Of a stretch of 64,000 nt of DNA, positions 28,063 through 40,625 are shown in pieces. Numbering within the stretch: position 1 is the first letter of the stretch; each line of letters opens with the position of its first letter. Location: NCBI GenBank assembly GCA_036253035.1, contig GCA_036253035.1_4123.1. One strand, given 5' to 3'. This DNA is from a phage. Under the pieces are notes generated by a model. It was not told the origin of the DNA and searched no databases. It worked only from the letters and a program-made list of their open reading frames with translations. Both the position numbers and the translations under genes were made by a program.

Positions 28063-28378
28063 AACCACCAATGTCCTCCATCTCCCACAAAATTTGAACT
28101 GCCACTTCTAATTCGTGGTGAATTTGAAAATAACCATTACTTGCAGTGTAGATGTAGCCATTTTTAGTAATTGCATAACCCCACTTTTTACTTTGAGAAT
28201 GCATCTCACGTTTCAACCCATAAGGGGAAGGTGGCTTCTTGACTGGTTCTGGTTCTCGGTTTTCGTTGTAAATCTCTTGTTCGATTCGCAACGCTTTATG
28301 ATATGAGTATACATGAATCAGGCGACAAAGTACAATAGTAATGCAACAAATAATTGTAAATGTGATCAAGCTCATCAA
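28004..28378 (-). CDS. hypothetical protein with N-terminal TM helix
   Basis: minus ORF 124 aa. Confidence 0.55.
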   Translation of the reverse strand: MMSLITFTIICCITIVLCRLIHVYSYHKALRIEQEIYNENREPEPVKKPPSPYGLKREMHSQSKKWGYAITKNGYIYTASNGYFQIHHELEVAVQILWEMEDIGGYERTKFEFISNDPGTSRET

Positions 28379-28794
28379 TTTGCCCTCTGCCTAGATACAT
28401 ATTCATTAATTGCATCTTCCAAATCATACCCTGACATTTTTACATTATCAATAGAAACATGATATTTTTTCAGCACTTTTTGTCCAGCAGTGTTCTCCCA
28501 TATCGACCCATCAGGTTCAATATGAACTTTATGGTTCAGGATGAAATCAAACATTTCTTCTTTTGATAAGTTTGCTTTACGGGTTTCAATGTGATTAGTA
28601 TTAAGTAATTCACGAGTATGTTTAATTCCATATTCAGTGTGCTCACCAACACTACGATGCAAAACTTTTAACTGCTCGGCAGCAGTTTCTTCATCATAAA
28701 CATGAATAGTTTCAGTACTATATAAAATATCCTGAATATTACCAGTACTTACTTCTGTCCAAGTGTCTTTGAAATGAATTTTGATTGTTTTCAT
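28375..28794 (-). CDS. hypothetical protein
   Basis: minus ORF 139 aa. Confidence 0.55.
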   Translation of the reverse strand: MKTIKIHFKDTWTEVSTGNIQDILYSTETIHVYDEETAAEQLKVLHRSVGEHTEYGIKHTRELLNTNHIETRKANLSKEEMFDFILNHKVHIEPDGSIWENTAGQKVLKKYHVSIDNVKMSGYDLEDAINEYVSRQRAN

Positions 28795-28805
28795 AGAAGC
28801 TCGTA

Positions 28806-29252
28806 TTAGTTATATGCTGTGAATAGGTCAATGTTTTTATCATCTACACTGATTAATTTGCCAGTTGAACTAACAAACACAATATTTCCACCGGGCGTTA
28901 GTTGAACACGCTGGTTAACTGAATATTGCCCATTAAGGTTGTAATCAGCCCATTCGACTACATAACGTTGAATAACACCGTTAGTATCATAAAGATAAAC
29001 GTGTGTCACGTCACGCATTTTCAAACGTTCCAACAATGTAGAGTTATCCATGAAATCAGATGGTGTATTGCTGCGTAAAGCAATACCAAACTCACCGATA
29101 ACAGTACTAATTGTCAGTCCGTTTGAAAAACGGCTACAAAGAGTCTTCTCATCAGCAATATGCATCCATAAAACATTCTTTACATCAATATCAACAAATT
29201 CACAGTTTTCAAAAACCAAACCTACTTTGGAAACTTTACCATTAAATTGCAT
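28806..29252 (-). CDS. hypothetical protein
   Basis: minus ORF 148 aa. Confidence 0.55.
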   Translation of the reverse strand: MQFNGKVSKVGLVFENCEFVDIDVKNVLWMHIADEKTLCSRFSNGLTISTVIGEFGIALRSNTPSDFMDNSTLLERLKMRDVTHVYLYDTNGVIQRYVVEWADYNLNGQYSVNQRVQLTPGGNIVFVSSTGKLISVDDKNIDLFTAYN

Positions 29253-29652
29253 TAGTAACTCCTATTTTTTTATATTTTAAAATTAAATCACTCACGGCTT
29301 TCATTAGATTATATGGAATAGCTAACTCTTTAACAGTACTATCCATAAAATGTTCTTCTTCGGTATCATAAAATGTTGAACTATAGTGTTCACAATCATT
29401 TATACTATCATAAAAAGAAGACGTAAGTTTATCGACAATGACAGTGATTTGTTTACCAGTTTTGGTATATCCTACCTGAACGGTTAATCCAATATCATCA
29501 GCCTCTACACGAATTATAAACGAATTATTAGTATAGTTCAGCCAACAATCTTCACCAAAGTATACAACACTGTGTTTCTTCTGAAATGAAGTTGCGGTGT
29601 TAAGAACGCCAATAGCAACATCAACTGTTTTTTCATTTAAAATATTAGACAT
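29242..29652 (-). CDS. EExxFQxS-motif family protein
   Basis: C-terminal TEEEHFMDSTVKE; internal ATG 29652 avoids overlap. Confidence 0.55.
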   Translation of the reverse strand: MSNILNEKTVDVAIGVLNTATSFQKKHSVVYFGEDCWLNYTNNSFIIRVEADDIGLTVQVGYTKTGKQITVIVDKLTSSFYDSINDCEHYSSTFYDTEEEHFMDSTVKELAIPYNLMKAVSDLILKYKKIGVTNAI

Positions 29653-30061
29653 TTGTGTTCCTGCTTCGTATGTTTCGTGAAATCTCAAAAATACCATTCA
29701 ACTGTTCAACAGTTAAACCCTGTAAATCATAAACAGTTGATAGTTGAAAGAAAAGTTCTGAATCTATACTATCATGTTCAATTGGAAGATTCAAGAGGTC
29801 TTTGTTAATAAAATAATCATATGTTCGAATTGTCAAAGAATCACCAAAGATATCAATGTAAAATTTCGGAACATTATGTAACGAAACATCTATTAATATG
29901 TTTTCAGCATATCTACAAGAAATTTTAGAATTATTTTTATAAGATTGGTATGAAAAATTATAAGGTTCATCGACCAATGTGTATGATGAGGTATCACCTT
30001 CGGAAAATATTACACCACATTCAATAAGATGTGTTAACGACTTAGGTGGAATTTTTAACAT
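29645..30061 (-). CDS. EExxFQxS-motif family protein
   Basis: 138 aa; DSELFFQLSTVYDLQGLT. Confidence 0.6.
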   Translation of the reverse strand: MLKIPPKSLTHLIECGVIFSEGDTSSYTLVDEPYNFSYQSYKNNSKISCRYAENILIDVSLHNVPKFYIDIFGDSLTIRTYDYFINKDLLNLPIEHDSIDSELFFQLSTVYDLQGLTVEQLNGIFEISRNIRSRNTNV

Positions 30062-30062
30062 T

Positions 30063-30491
30063 TCACTTCCTATCCTTACTCATATTACTACGGATCACCC
30101 CACTAAGAAAACATATTTTCCTTAATGTATCATAACTGATATTTGTAAGATCATGTACAAAATTCAACTGCAAGTACATTTCTTCAGTTAATTGATTAAA
30201 TGTATCATCAACACAAATGTTAGTATGTTCCGTTATATCTATTTCTATATTATTTTCCCAAATATCAATGCTAACAGCATAGTCTGATGTATGTCTGGAT
30301 TGAACTGAAATAAAAATATTATTACTGTTGTATAATGTCTCGGTGTATCCATTCAAAAATGATCCAACGACAACATCAAAAATGCCATCTCTAATTGGAT
30401 TTTTTGTTTCAAACGTATCACTACAAACTTGACGGTATACAATGTCAACATACTTATCAATTAAAGTAAACAAATAACTCATTGCATTCAC
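30063..30491 (-). CDS. EExxFQxS-motif family protein
   Basis: 142 aa; TEEMYLQLNFVHDLT. Confidence 0.6.
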   Translation of the reverse strand: MNAMSYLFTLIDKYVDIVYRQVCSDTFETKNPIRDGIFDVVVGSFLNGYTETLYNSNNIFISVQSRHTSDYAVSIDIWENNIEIDITEHTNICVDDTFNQLTEEMYLQLNFVHDLTNISYDTLRKICFLSGVIRSNMSKDRK

Positions 30492-30496
30492 CTATA

Positions 30497-30527
30497 TAAG
30501 AAAAAAGGCCGATTCATCGAATCAGCC
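30497..30527 (-). terminator. rho-independent terminator
   Basis: minus GGCTGATTCgatGAATCGGCC + tttttt. Confidence 0.7.
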
Positions 30528-30716
30528 TTAAGTATAACACAGTAGAAGTTAAAAAGTCAACTTCTAAATTACAGCATCCAAGAGGAATAAAAAGATACTG
30601 TTAGAGGGTAACGAATATAATGAATTTGAGGGTAATATCATTATACGTAAAAAAGTGATAGCTTCTATACATAAGGAGGAATCAGTACTGACTAGAAGCT
30701 ATCGGGTTAAACGATT

Positions 30717-31001
30717 TCAGTACTGAGTGTTTAGTTTAGGATGAGTATTTCCATCTTCGATTTGTTTTAGAATCGAGTCACGAATTTCTACTGCCCCTTG
30801 ATAACTATATTTATCTTTTGGGATCACCCATGTATATTCGCCATCAGTGGTTTTAAAATCAATACATGGATTATCCCTGTATTCAGATGCAATGATTGCA
30901 ATAACATGTAATGAATTCAATGAATGATTTGTATAAGGATAATTGTTATTATCTCTGAACGTGAATGTTTTAAGTTCATCAGGTGCAACAATGAATTCCA
31001 T
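30717..31001 (-). CDS. hypothetical protein
   Basis: minus ORF 94 aa. Confidence 0.5.
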   Translation of the reverse strand: MEFIVAPDELKTFTFRDNNNYPYTNHSLNSLHVIAIIASEYRDNPCIDFKTTDGEYTWVIPKDKYSYQGAVEIRDSILKQIEDGNTHPKLNTQY

Positions 31002-31192
31002 TATTCATCCTCGTACTTCTTGAATGGTGGAACATCTACCTTGAAGTCTTTGCACATCTTAGTTGTACGAACTTCAGTACCGTTGTGATAATTTTTCTTA
31101 AATTCATAAGAAACATAATTACGAATACCAGGTGTATGAATAATAGCAAGAACCAATGTACGACCAAACAAGCATAATAAATTCCAGAACAT
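31001..31192 (-). CDS. hypothetical protein
   Basis: minus ORF 63 aa. Confidence 0.45.
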   Translation of the reverse strand: MFWNLLCLFGRTLVLAIIHTPGIRNYVSYEFKKNYHNGTEVRTTKMCKDFKVDVPPFKKYEDE

Positions 31193-31201
31193 ATGAATCT
31201 C

Positions 31202-31567
31202 CTAATTGTGGGTTTTAACCAAACGTGAGACAGCTAGTATAGCATTAACCTCATCCAATGTCAACCCACCAATGTCATTAATCATTGAGTACTGAAATAG
31301 TGATTCTTCAGTGTAATGGTAATCATGAGAAGCAATAAAGATTGCTGGTTTAGATGCATCCAAAATTATCTTTGTCATTGTACTATATATATCAAATTGA
31401 TATAATAGATTTTCACCTGTATATGCTACGTAGATATTATTTGAATAGGCTGGATGTACCATTGTAAAACCATCATAACATAATATTTTTATGTTCGGAT
31501 CGTCAAAATTGCCTGTATAAAGGTTATTACAAACATCTTGCATTATACGTACTATTAGACTAGTCAT
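31202..31567 (-). CDS. EExxFQxS-motif family protein
   Basis: 121 aa; TEESLFQYSMINDIGGLT. Confidence 0.6.
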   Translation of the reverse strand: MTSLIVRIMQDVCNNLYTGNFDDPNIKILCYDGFTMVHPAYSNNIYVAYTGENLLYQFDIYSTMTKIILDASKPAIFIASHDYHYTEESLFQYSMINDIGGLTLDEVNAILAVSRLVKTHN

Positions 31568-31985
31568 TTAATGGATTTAGTACCTCTTCTGGAATCAACT
31601 TTTGAACTTTAAGTATAGCTTTAATGTCCTCAAATGTTAATCCTAATATGTCGTTAAGGAGGCAGTACTGGAAGAATTTTTCTTCAGTATCAATATCGTT
31701 AACATTCAATTCAATTGATTCATCATCATAATCATAATCTTCATTATCACATTCATAACTTCTGAATATAACTTTTTCAAAATACACATCAAATGAATAA
31801 AAATGATTATTGAATTCATAACCAAGAAAAATATTAAAACATTTACTCAAATCTGTGGTTTGATTCAAATCTGGATCATAGCAAAATACTCTAACTTCAC
31901 CAATATCTTCTAATTGTACATCATGCAATGACCATGCGTTGTTTTTTAATACATAGTTCACCATTCTAACAATGTTGTATTTCAT
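31560..31985 (-). CDS. EExxFQxS-motif family protein
   Basis: 141 aa; TEEKFFQYCLLNDILGLT. Confidence 0.6.
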   Translation of the reverse strand: MKYNIVRMVNYVLKNNAWSLHDVQLEDIGEVRVFCYDPDLNQTTDLSKCFNIFLGYEFNNHFYSFDVYFEKVIFRSYECDNEDYDYDDESIELNVNDIDTEEKFFQYCLLNDILGLTFEDIKAILKVQKLIPEEVLNPLND

Positions 31986-31991
31986 AGTGTA

Positions 31992-32081
<90 letters not shown>

Positions 32082-32093
32082 AGAAGTAAGATA

Positions 32094-32194
<101 letters not shown>

Positions 32195-32249
32195 GCCAAG
32201 TGTCGGCATAGGTGCAGCACTACAAAGTACTTCAAGCTGTTTGGCAGTC

Positions 32250-32336
<87 letters not shown>

Positions 32337-32338
32337 TA

Positions 32339-32464
<126 letters not shown>

Positions 32465-32483
32465 GCATACTCGAAGTACCTCT

Positions 32484-32589
<106 letters not shown>

Positions 32590-32633
32590 AATTGCTTTAT
32601 AAGCTACTGAATCGGGAATCACAACCTCCCCAT

Positions 32634-33151
<518 letters not shown>

Positions 33152-33172
33152 TTATACCTCTCATTGTTTATG

Positions 33173-33244
<72 letters not shown>

Positions 33245-33248
33245 TAAT

Positions 33249-33856
<608 letters not shown>

Positions 33857-33907
33857 ATAAACCTCACTATACGTAACTTACACCATATACGTCTGATTGT
33901 GGAATTC

Positions 33908-33932
33908 ATTATATCAGTACTGAACTATTTAG

Positions 33933-33936
<4 letters not shown>
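33908..33936 (-). promoter_or_regulatory. sigma-70-type promoter (TTGACT-17-TATAAT)
   Basis: plus attata(33908-33913)..agtcaa(33931-33936). Confidence 0.6.
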
Positions 33937-34345
<409 letters not shown>

Positions 34346-34355
34346 GCTTTTTTTT

Positions 34356-34517
<162 letters not shown>

Positions 34518-34521
<4 letters not shown>

Positions 34522-34678
34522 AATCGTACCAGTAGTTCAATTAAGTACATTTCATATGCTGGATCGTTGATAAGTTTATCATACAGATGTGGCTCTGAAA
34601 TGAATTCCCAATGATACTTTAGCCATCTACCGATACCCGAATATCTAAAATTAATGTCATTCATCCATTCTTCATGTG

Positions 34679-34682
<4 letters not shown>
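34518..34682 (-). CDS. MTHEEW-family mini-protein (54 aa), copy 2
   Basis: MTHEEWMNDINFRYSGIGRW..; ATGA overlap with copy 1. Confidence 0.5.
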
Positions 34683-34843
<161 letters not shown>

Positions 34844-34866
34844 GGTTTTTAACCTTTAATTAAAAT

Positions 34867-34943
34867 TGGCCGAGGTAGAGGGACTTGAACCCCCAACCTA
34901 GAGATTAGAATTCTCTTGCACTATCCAATTGTGCTATACCCCG
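34867..34943 (-). tRNA. tRNA-Arg (anticodon UCU), CCA encoded
   Basis: acceptor CGGGGTA/TACCTCG, T-arm GGGGG-TTCAAGT-CCCTC, anticodon loop AUUCUAA. Confidence 0.8.
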
Positions 34944-34947
34944 TATT

Positions 34948-35063
<116 letters not shown>

Positions 35064-35096
35064 ATGTTATGTCCCATTATATAATGAATTAATGAT

Positions 35097-35315
35097 TTAT
35101 GCAAGTGCTTTAGATACACCGACACCAATAATTCCAGTGATATCGATATGGATATTGGCAAGTTGATTACTATCATATGGGTTTGTTTCTGTAATAACCA
35201 ATGTTGTATCATTGACTAAAACCACAGTACCTTTTACACGATAACCATGTAGTAGTACTTGAACCTCATCTTCAGGTTTTAATGATTGAATAACTTCAAA
35301 TAAAGTTGTTTCCAT
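35097..35315 (-). CDS. hypothetical protein
   Basis: track ORF 35097..35423; ATG 35315 with AAGGA RBS avoids overlap. Confidence 0.45.
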   Translation of the reverse strand: METTLFEVIQSLKPEDEVQVLLHGYRVKGTVVLVNDTTLVITETNPYDSNQLANIHIDITGIIGVGVSKALA

Positions 35316-35331
35316 TTTTTGTATTCCTTGT

Positions 35332-35514
35332 TTAGTTTTGATTATTTGACTTTCTAAATGCCAGTTCGCATATAAACCAGGGTTTTCTGGTATCCAAAAC
35401 ATATGACCTGAAAAGATTTTCATCTCTTAATATATCATAATGTACCTGACGAATGCCATTCCCAAAGCAGTCATGTTCTTTATGCTGTTTGGACATCCAT
35501 TCTTCGTGTGTCAT
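35332..35514 (-). CDS. MTHEEW-family mini-protein
   Basis: MTHEEWMSKQHKEHDCFGNGIRQVHYDIL.. Confidence 0.5.
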   Translation of the reverse strand: MTHEEWMSKQHKEHDCFGNGIRQVHYDILRDENLFRSYVLDTRKPWFICELAFRKSNNQN

Positions 35515-35515
35515 T

Positions 35516-35851
<336 letters not shown>

Positions 35852-35856
35852 TCTTA

Positions 35857-36033
35857 CTATTTTTTATCTCTAATAGCAAGCTCGTAGATGAACCAGTGGT
35901 TGGAATCTTCGTCCAAAACCAATGATTCGAACGTTTTTTTATCGTTCAAAACATCATAATGGCCTTGGCGTATACCAAATCCAAAATGATCATGTTTATA
36001 TTTTAGTGACTCTATCCATTCTTCATGTGTCAT
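35857..36033 (-). CDS. MTHEEW-family mini-protein
   Basis: MTHEEWIESLKYKHDHFGFGIRQGHYDVL.. Confidence 0.5.
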   Translation of the reverse strand: MTHEEWIESLKYKHDHFGFGIRQGHYDVLNDKKTFESLVLDEDSNHWFIYELAIRDKK

Positions 36034-36111
36034 TTTATGTATCCAGTTCAATTAAGTGTTTCATTTATTCTTCTGTAAAGAAAGCATTGCAATGGACAAT
36101 GGAAAAGGTTA

Positions 36112-36291
36112 TTATATTTTTTTGTCTCTAACCGCAAGCTCATAGATGAACCAACGATTTCCATTCTCATCTAGTACATATGATTCGAACTTATATTTGT
36201 CTCGTAAAATATCGAAATGACCATCAATAAATCCATTTCCAAACTGGTCATAACGTTTTTTCATCATTGCCATCCATTCTTCATGTGTCAT
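36112..36291 (-). CDS. MTHEEW-family mini-protein (59 aa), not in ORF track
   Basis: MTHEEWMAMMKKRYDQFGNGFIDGHFDIL.. Confidence 0.45.
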   Translation of the reverse strand: MTHEEWMAMMKKRYDQFGNGFIDGHFDILRDKYKFESYVLDENGNRWFIYELAVRDKKI

Positions 36292-36473
36292 CTCTTAATA
36301 TCCATAACGGCTATACTAAAATATGTACCAAAATCATCACAATTGATAATGTTGTTATAGTACTCAATTGGGTTACGCAATGATATATACAATTCAAGCT
36401 TAAAATAGTATATATCTGCTGCATTTATATTATAGTGTAGATTAAACCACTCATCAAATGTCTTAGGCTGCAT
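36288..36473 (-). CDS. hypothetical protein
   Basis: minus ORF 61 aa. Confidence 0.4.
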   Translation of the reverse strand: MQPKTFDEWFNLHYNINAADIYYFKLELYISLRNPIEYYNNIINCDDFGTYFSIAVMDIKR

Positions 36474-36867
36474 TATATTTATCTTTATAAAAATCCATGA
36501 TTTTAGTCAACAGTACTGCAATCGTATAATCTAAATCAGGATAAAGTAAATTGTACTGAAATTCTTCCTCAACACTATAGTTAGTGGTACAGTACTGGTA
36601 ATCTTTATAACCTATTGAAAAATAATTCGGATACAATGTACAACGAAAGCGATAAGCTTCATCTGTCATATAATCATTGTATTCAACACAGAAGTATAGT
36701 GATTTTGAATTTAATTCGATAAGCTCAACGAATCCATCAGGTAATGAATGGTTATAAATTACTGAATCTTCATTAAACCATTCATAGTATTTTTCCAAAA
36801 AATCACTAATGGATACATCCAGACTTTGTATAGGTGGAGTTATGATAATTTGAACTTCTTTATTCAT
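36463..36867 (-). CDS. EExxFQxS-motif family protein
   Basis: 134 aa; YSVEEEFQYNLLYPDLD. Confidence 0.6.
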   Translation of the reverse strand: MNKEVQIIITPPIQSLDVSISDFLEKYYEWFNEDSVIYNHSLPDGFVELIELNSKSLYFCVEYNDYMTDEAYRFRCTLYPNYFSIGYKDYQYCTTNYSVEEEFQYNLLYPDLDYTIAVLLTKIMDFYKDKYNAA

Positions 36868-37367
36868 TTCGACCCCTTACTATATTTCACGTATGGGTTA
36901 TCATACAGATCATAACTTTTTTGTGCACGTTCTTTTCGGCGTTCATACATGATTCTATCATACTCTTTAGCTTTCTGATTTGCTTCATTATACAATTTTA
37001 AAATTAGCAAAAATGCATCAAGATCGGGATAGTTTGCCGGATTGATAGTACTCAGCATAAATCGTTCTTCTTCAGTTCTAGCTAAGTCAAATTCATACTT
37101 AATAGTTTTATACCCACTCCATTTATATATATGCGTTACTTTATTAGTAAGTACATTATATTCAACGAAGTCAGTACTACCATCAAGTACACGAGTAATC
37201 TTAATAGATGTACCAATGACAATCTGCACAGAACTCATTTCTGAAGTTTTAAAGTAATAAATGTTATTACGGCGAAGATTAACTTCTCGATCTCCAATGC
37301 GAACATGCTTAATAACTTCCATTAATGGTTCTGGGACACCACGAATCGGCATGTTAGTATTCCTCAA
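36864..37367 (-). CDS. EExxFQxS-motif family protein (with extended C-terminus)
   Basis: 167 aa; TEEERFMLSTINPA. Confidence 0.6.
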   Translation of the reverse strand: MRNTNMPIRGVPEPLMEVIKHVRIGDREVNLRRNNIYYFKTSEMSSVQIVIGTSIKITRVLDGSTDFVEYNVLTNKVTHIYKWSGYKTIKYEFDLARTEEERFMLSTINPANYPDLDAFLLILKLYNEANQKAKEYDRIMYERRKERAQKSYDLYDNPYVKYSKGSK

Positions 37368-37923
37368 TAACGGTTAGGAATCTATCCCAACCAGTATAAG
37401 TGAAATGATCAAAGTATTGTTTTTCGCCACCTACCATATATACTTCAATTAAACCGTGGTCGAAATAATTTTTTGGTTTTTTAACTTCAGTTACGATTGC
37501 TTTATGTCTGAAACCATTATAATCAGTATATGTTACAATATCGTGAATTTTGATATTATCAGGTGTATAAGTGTTGGCGTTATTATTGAGAACATGAAGA
37601 TGATGGTCTACGATTTCTTTACTGGAAATTACTCCAAATATGTTACCAGAAAATACTTTATTACCATTACAGGTCAATGCCCAGCCATCACCAACTTCAA
37701 TAGATTCAAATACATAATGTGTGCAAATTTTAGATACATCTGACGTATCCCAGTAATCACCATCAAGATTGGTGAATTTATAAACAGTTTTGAGTTTTTC
37801 GCCATCAAATGAAAGCAATGATACTCCGATAACAACCGTTCCGTCTTCAAGAATAATATTAAATTTATTATTTGTATTAAAATATGCTTCTGACTCATAT
37901 GTGTTGAATTTAATAAAGTTCAT
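37354..37923 (-). CDS. hypothetical protein
   Basis: minus ORF 189 aa. Confidence 0.6.
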   Translation of the reverse strand: MNFIKFNTYESEAYFNTNNKFNIILEDGTVVIGVSLLSFDGEKLKTVYKFTNLDGDYWDTSDVSKICTHYVFESIEVGDGWALTCNGNKVFSGNIFGVISSKEIVDHHLHVLNNNANTYTPDNIKIHDIVTYTDYNGFRHKAIVTEVKKPKNYFDHGLIEVYMVGGEKQYFDHFTYTGWDRFLTVIEEY

Positions 37924-37970
37924 ATGTTCTCCTTAGTAAGTCATAGTATTATATCAGAGTTTCATTGCAC

Positions 37971-38363
37971 TTACCAGCATGTTTTCATAACTTCTGTGAT
38001 GTAAATCATTTTATCTTTTAGTGTGTAAGGGATGCAAATTTCACCTGGGCTTAACGTTGTGTTCTTTTGAAACTCATCTTCTTCGGAATCAGCCAGGTAA
38101 AATGGGTGTGTCACAAAGGTATCATCAACTGGACGATTATGTGGTTTCATTAATGCATCATGATTGACAAAATAATAAGCATCAATATCAGGACGGAAAT
38201 ACAAACAATCAACCTTAATGCACGGGTGTAACCATAAGGACAAAGAATATGTTATTTGGTTACCAATTTGTCTTGGGCCTGATGCAATTGTATTGATGTT
38301 ATTTTTATCTTGTACCATTTCATAAATGAAATCTATCATTTCGTGTAGTTCTGATTCAGTCAT
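37971..38363 (-). CDS. EExxFQxS-motif family protein (divergent)
   Basis: 130 aa; SEEDEFQKNTTLSP. Confidence 0.55.
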   Translation of the reverse strand: MTESELHEMIDFIYEMVQDKNNINTIASGPRQIGNQITYSLSLWLHPCIKVDCLYFRPDIDAYYFVNHDALMKPHNRPVDDTFVTHPFYLADSEEDEFQKNTTLSPGEICIPYTLKDKMIYITEVMKTCW

Positions 38364-38373
38364 TTTATTTCCT

Positions 38374-38410
38374 TAAAAAAATACCCAGTACTTGACTGGG
38401 TATTTACAAA
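38374..38410 (-). terminator. rho-independent terminator
   Basis: ATACCCAGTacttgACTGGGTAT flanked by A run (plus) giving U run on minus transcript. Confidence 0.7.
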
Positions 38411-38417
38411 GTAACGT

Positions 38418-38567
38418 TTAATCAGATTTCTTTTCGTAATCTGTAAAAACAGTCAGGATTGTTGCACATAGTGAATCAACTACTGATGCACGTGTGTTAT
38501 CAAGGTCTTTAGCTAGTGCTTGAATCTCTTGAAGTTTTACTACTAAGTCGATTTTTTGATTACTCAT
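38418..38567 (-). CDS. small hypothetical protein (49 aa), not in ORF track
   Basis: MSNQKIDLVVKLQEIQALAKDL..; RBS AGGAGAAGTAATG. Confidence 0.45.
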   Translation of the reverse strand: MSNQKIDLVVKLQEIQALAKDLDNTRASVVDSLCATILTVFTDYEKKSD

Positions 38568-38589
38568 TACTTCTCCTATTGGATGTTTT

Positions 38590-38880
38590 TTAGATATTAA
38601 TTTTTATACCACTAAGGTCTAGAACTTTTTTATTAGATACTGTTTCTGATTCTAATTTAGTTTCTTTTACCTCAGTGTTAATATTTACGTCATCTTTGAG
38701 AATATCAGGGATAATACCATGTTGAATATCATCGTACATAGAAACAACGGTTTCGGCACAAGATAACATTTCACGAACTTTGTACTGATAACCCTGTGGT
38801 AACTCATTGATGATTTCCATAATATCTAGTAATTTAGTTTGGACATCAATAAGAATTTTTCTTGATTTTTCTGGTTCCAT
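38590..38880 (-). CDS. hypothetical protein
   Basis: minus ORF 96 aa. Confidence 0.55.
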   Translation of the reverse strand: MEPEKSRKILIDVQTKLLDIMEIINELPQGYQYKVREMLSCAETVVSMYDDIQHGIIPDILKDDVNINTEVKETKLESETVSNKKVLDLSGIKINI

Positions 38881-39386
38881 TACTCCAACTCCACAACATT
38901 ACTTTTTTTGGATTTAATCACTGATGGTGGCTCATTAACGCTTGTTTGACCACGAAGTGATTTTTCCAACGCAATGATGCGTTTTAAAGTTTTTATTGAT
39001 GGTCGCTTCTTCGTCAACTCAGCTTTTGCTTCTGAATAATATTTTCTTACATATCCATAGGCATAATATTTTGAACCAATGAAAATTTCAGCAACTACTG
39101 GATTTGAGTATTGTGTATCAATTCCATCTAGATCCGTGTCTACCGAGTAGAATGAAATATTTGTATCACATGCTGAAATTTTAGCCACCAAAAGATTTGC
39201 ATCGAACTTATCTAAAATTAGAGAAATTGTTTTTTCGGCATCAGCACTATATGGCATAGCAGACATTAAAAGTTGGAATGTCTTAAAGTACTTACTTCCA
39301 CTAATCATGGTATTGAAAATCAATCCAATGGTGATTAATGCAAGTGTACCAATACACACAAACAAAAACCAATATTCAACACTCAT
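38880..39386 (-). CDS. hypothetical protein with N-terminal TM helix
   Basis: minus ORF 168 aa. Confidence 0.6.
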   Translation of the reverse strand: MSVEYWFLFVCIGTLALITIGLIFNTMISGSKYFKTFQLLMSAMPYSADAEKTISLILDKFDANLLVAKISACDTNISFYSVDTDLDGIDTQYSNPVVAEIFIGSKYYAYGYVRKYYSEAKAELTKKRPSIKTLKRIIALEKSLRGQTSVNEPPSVIKSKKSNVVELE

Positions 39387-39451
39387 TTATAAATCCTCTT
39401 ACTTTATATGATTAAAATGCCCCATCAAAAATGATGAGGCGGTAAGATAAA

Positions 39452-39661
39452 TTACTTACGATTTGCTTTACGCAGTTCAGATAGTTCTTCTTGAAGACTT
39501 TTCTTCCATGCAATCAAGTGAGCAAAACGGATTGGCCTTGCACCAGTACCGTGGAATACTGCTAGAGCTTCTTCTGCTTGATGAATCTGGAATTGAATGT
39601 AGTTCACAGTGCGGTCGAAGTCGGTGATATCTAGTACTTGTGCGTTAGTTTCTTTAGCCAT
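39452..39661 (-). CDS. hypothetical protein
   Basis: minus ORF 69 aa. Confidence 0.5.
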   Translation of the reverse strand: MAKETNAQVLDITDFDRTVNYIQFQIHQAEEALAVFHGTGARPIRFAHLIAWKKSLQEELSELRKANRK

Positions 39662-39744
39662 TTTAATACCCTTTTATTTCTTTTTTATGAAAAACCCTCA
39701 TCATTGAGGAATGGTTTGCATTTTAATATCTGCCGATAACAAAC

Positions 39745-39772
39745 ATTATATCACAATATCTGTTCTTGTCCA
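39745..39772 (-). promoter_or_regulatory. promoter, extended -10 TGTGATATAAT with TGGACA -35
   Basis: plus attata(39745-39750), tcaca, tgtcca(39767-39772). Confidence 0.55.
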
Positions 39773-39776
39773 ATTT

Positions 39777-40073
39777 TTAATTATTAGAAAGAACAATTTT
39801 TGAAACTGGTAAATCTGTATCATTTACACGTTGTTCATTATATCCATTCTGTACAAGAATGTCAATAACTTTAGACTTATCAATTGTAAATGATTCTAAC
39901 ATATCATATCGGTAATAACCAATAGTCTGACTGAACTCATATTTTCCTGGCTGTTGACGACAACACGTATTTGTTTCAGCCATAATCTTATTGATTAGGT
40001 AATATGTTTCAGTACTATCAATATTTGGAATATAGATCTTATCATCAAAATGAATTACTTCATGTTTATTCAT
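39777..40073 (-). CDS. hypothetical protein
   Basis: track ORF 39777..40136; ATG 40073. Confidence 0.45.
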   Translation of the reverse strand: MNKHEVIHFDDKIYIPNIDSTETYYLINKIMAETNTCCRQQPGKYEFSQTIGYYRYDMLESFTIDKSKVIDILVQNGYNEQRVNDTDLPVSKIVLSNN

Positions 40074-40335
40074 AGAGTGATTCAATCTCCGCTTTAAGAA
40101 TGGAAATGATCTCTTTCTGAAGACCAGTAATTTCACTGTTCAAAGATGATAGTCGCTTTGATAATGCCATGAATTGCTTTGCATCTTCTTTAGAACGGTC
40201 ATTTCGTACTTTATCAGAACTCCAGTTAGCATATGATTGCTCATCTTTCCTGTTAAGGATATCCCAGTCTAAACGTACTAGTTTACGTTCTTTCTTCAGT
40301 TCGCTTAAGCGAGATTTCATTTCGTCTTTAGTCAT
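40066..40335 (-). CDS. hypothetical coiled-coil protein
   Basis: minus ORF 89 aa. Confidence 0.5.
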   Translation of the reverse strand: MTKDEMKSRLSELKKERKLVRLDWDILNRKDEQSYANWSSDKVRNDRSKEDAKQFMALSKRLSSLNSEITGLQKEIISILKAEIESLYE

Positions 40336-40625
40336 TAGATTGTTCCTTTCATGAAGTCTGGAATAACGATTACGATAGGAGGATTATACTCTACATAACC
40401 ATTTTTTGTCAATAGACTTTTAATATCTGAAATCACATTATCATGCTGTTCAATATCTTTGTCACAAAAGATTTCCAATTCTTTCTGAAACGGTTTTTTA
40501 ACCGAGATGTTTTGAGTCAGTGTTTGGATTCTCTGTAACATATCAATTGGATCTGGACTAAACTCATTACCAACATAAAGAGTACCAGATGCATCTTTTT
40601 CTAGCAAGACTTCTAAAATTTTCAT
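40335..40625 (-). CDS. hypothetical protein
   Basis: minus ORF 96 aa. Confidence 0.5.
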   Translation of the reverse strand: MKILEVLLEKDASGTLYVGNEFSPDPIDMLQRIQTLTQNISVKKPFQKELEIFCDKDIEQHDNVISDIKSLLTKNGYVEYNPPIVIVIPDFMKGTI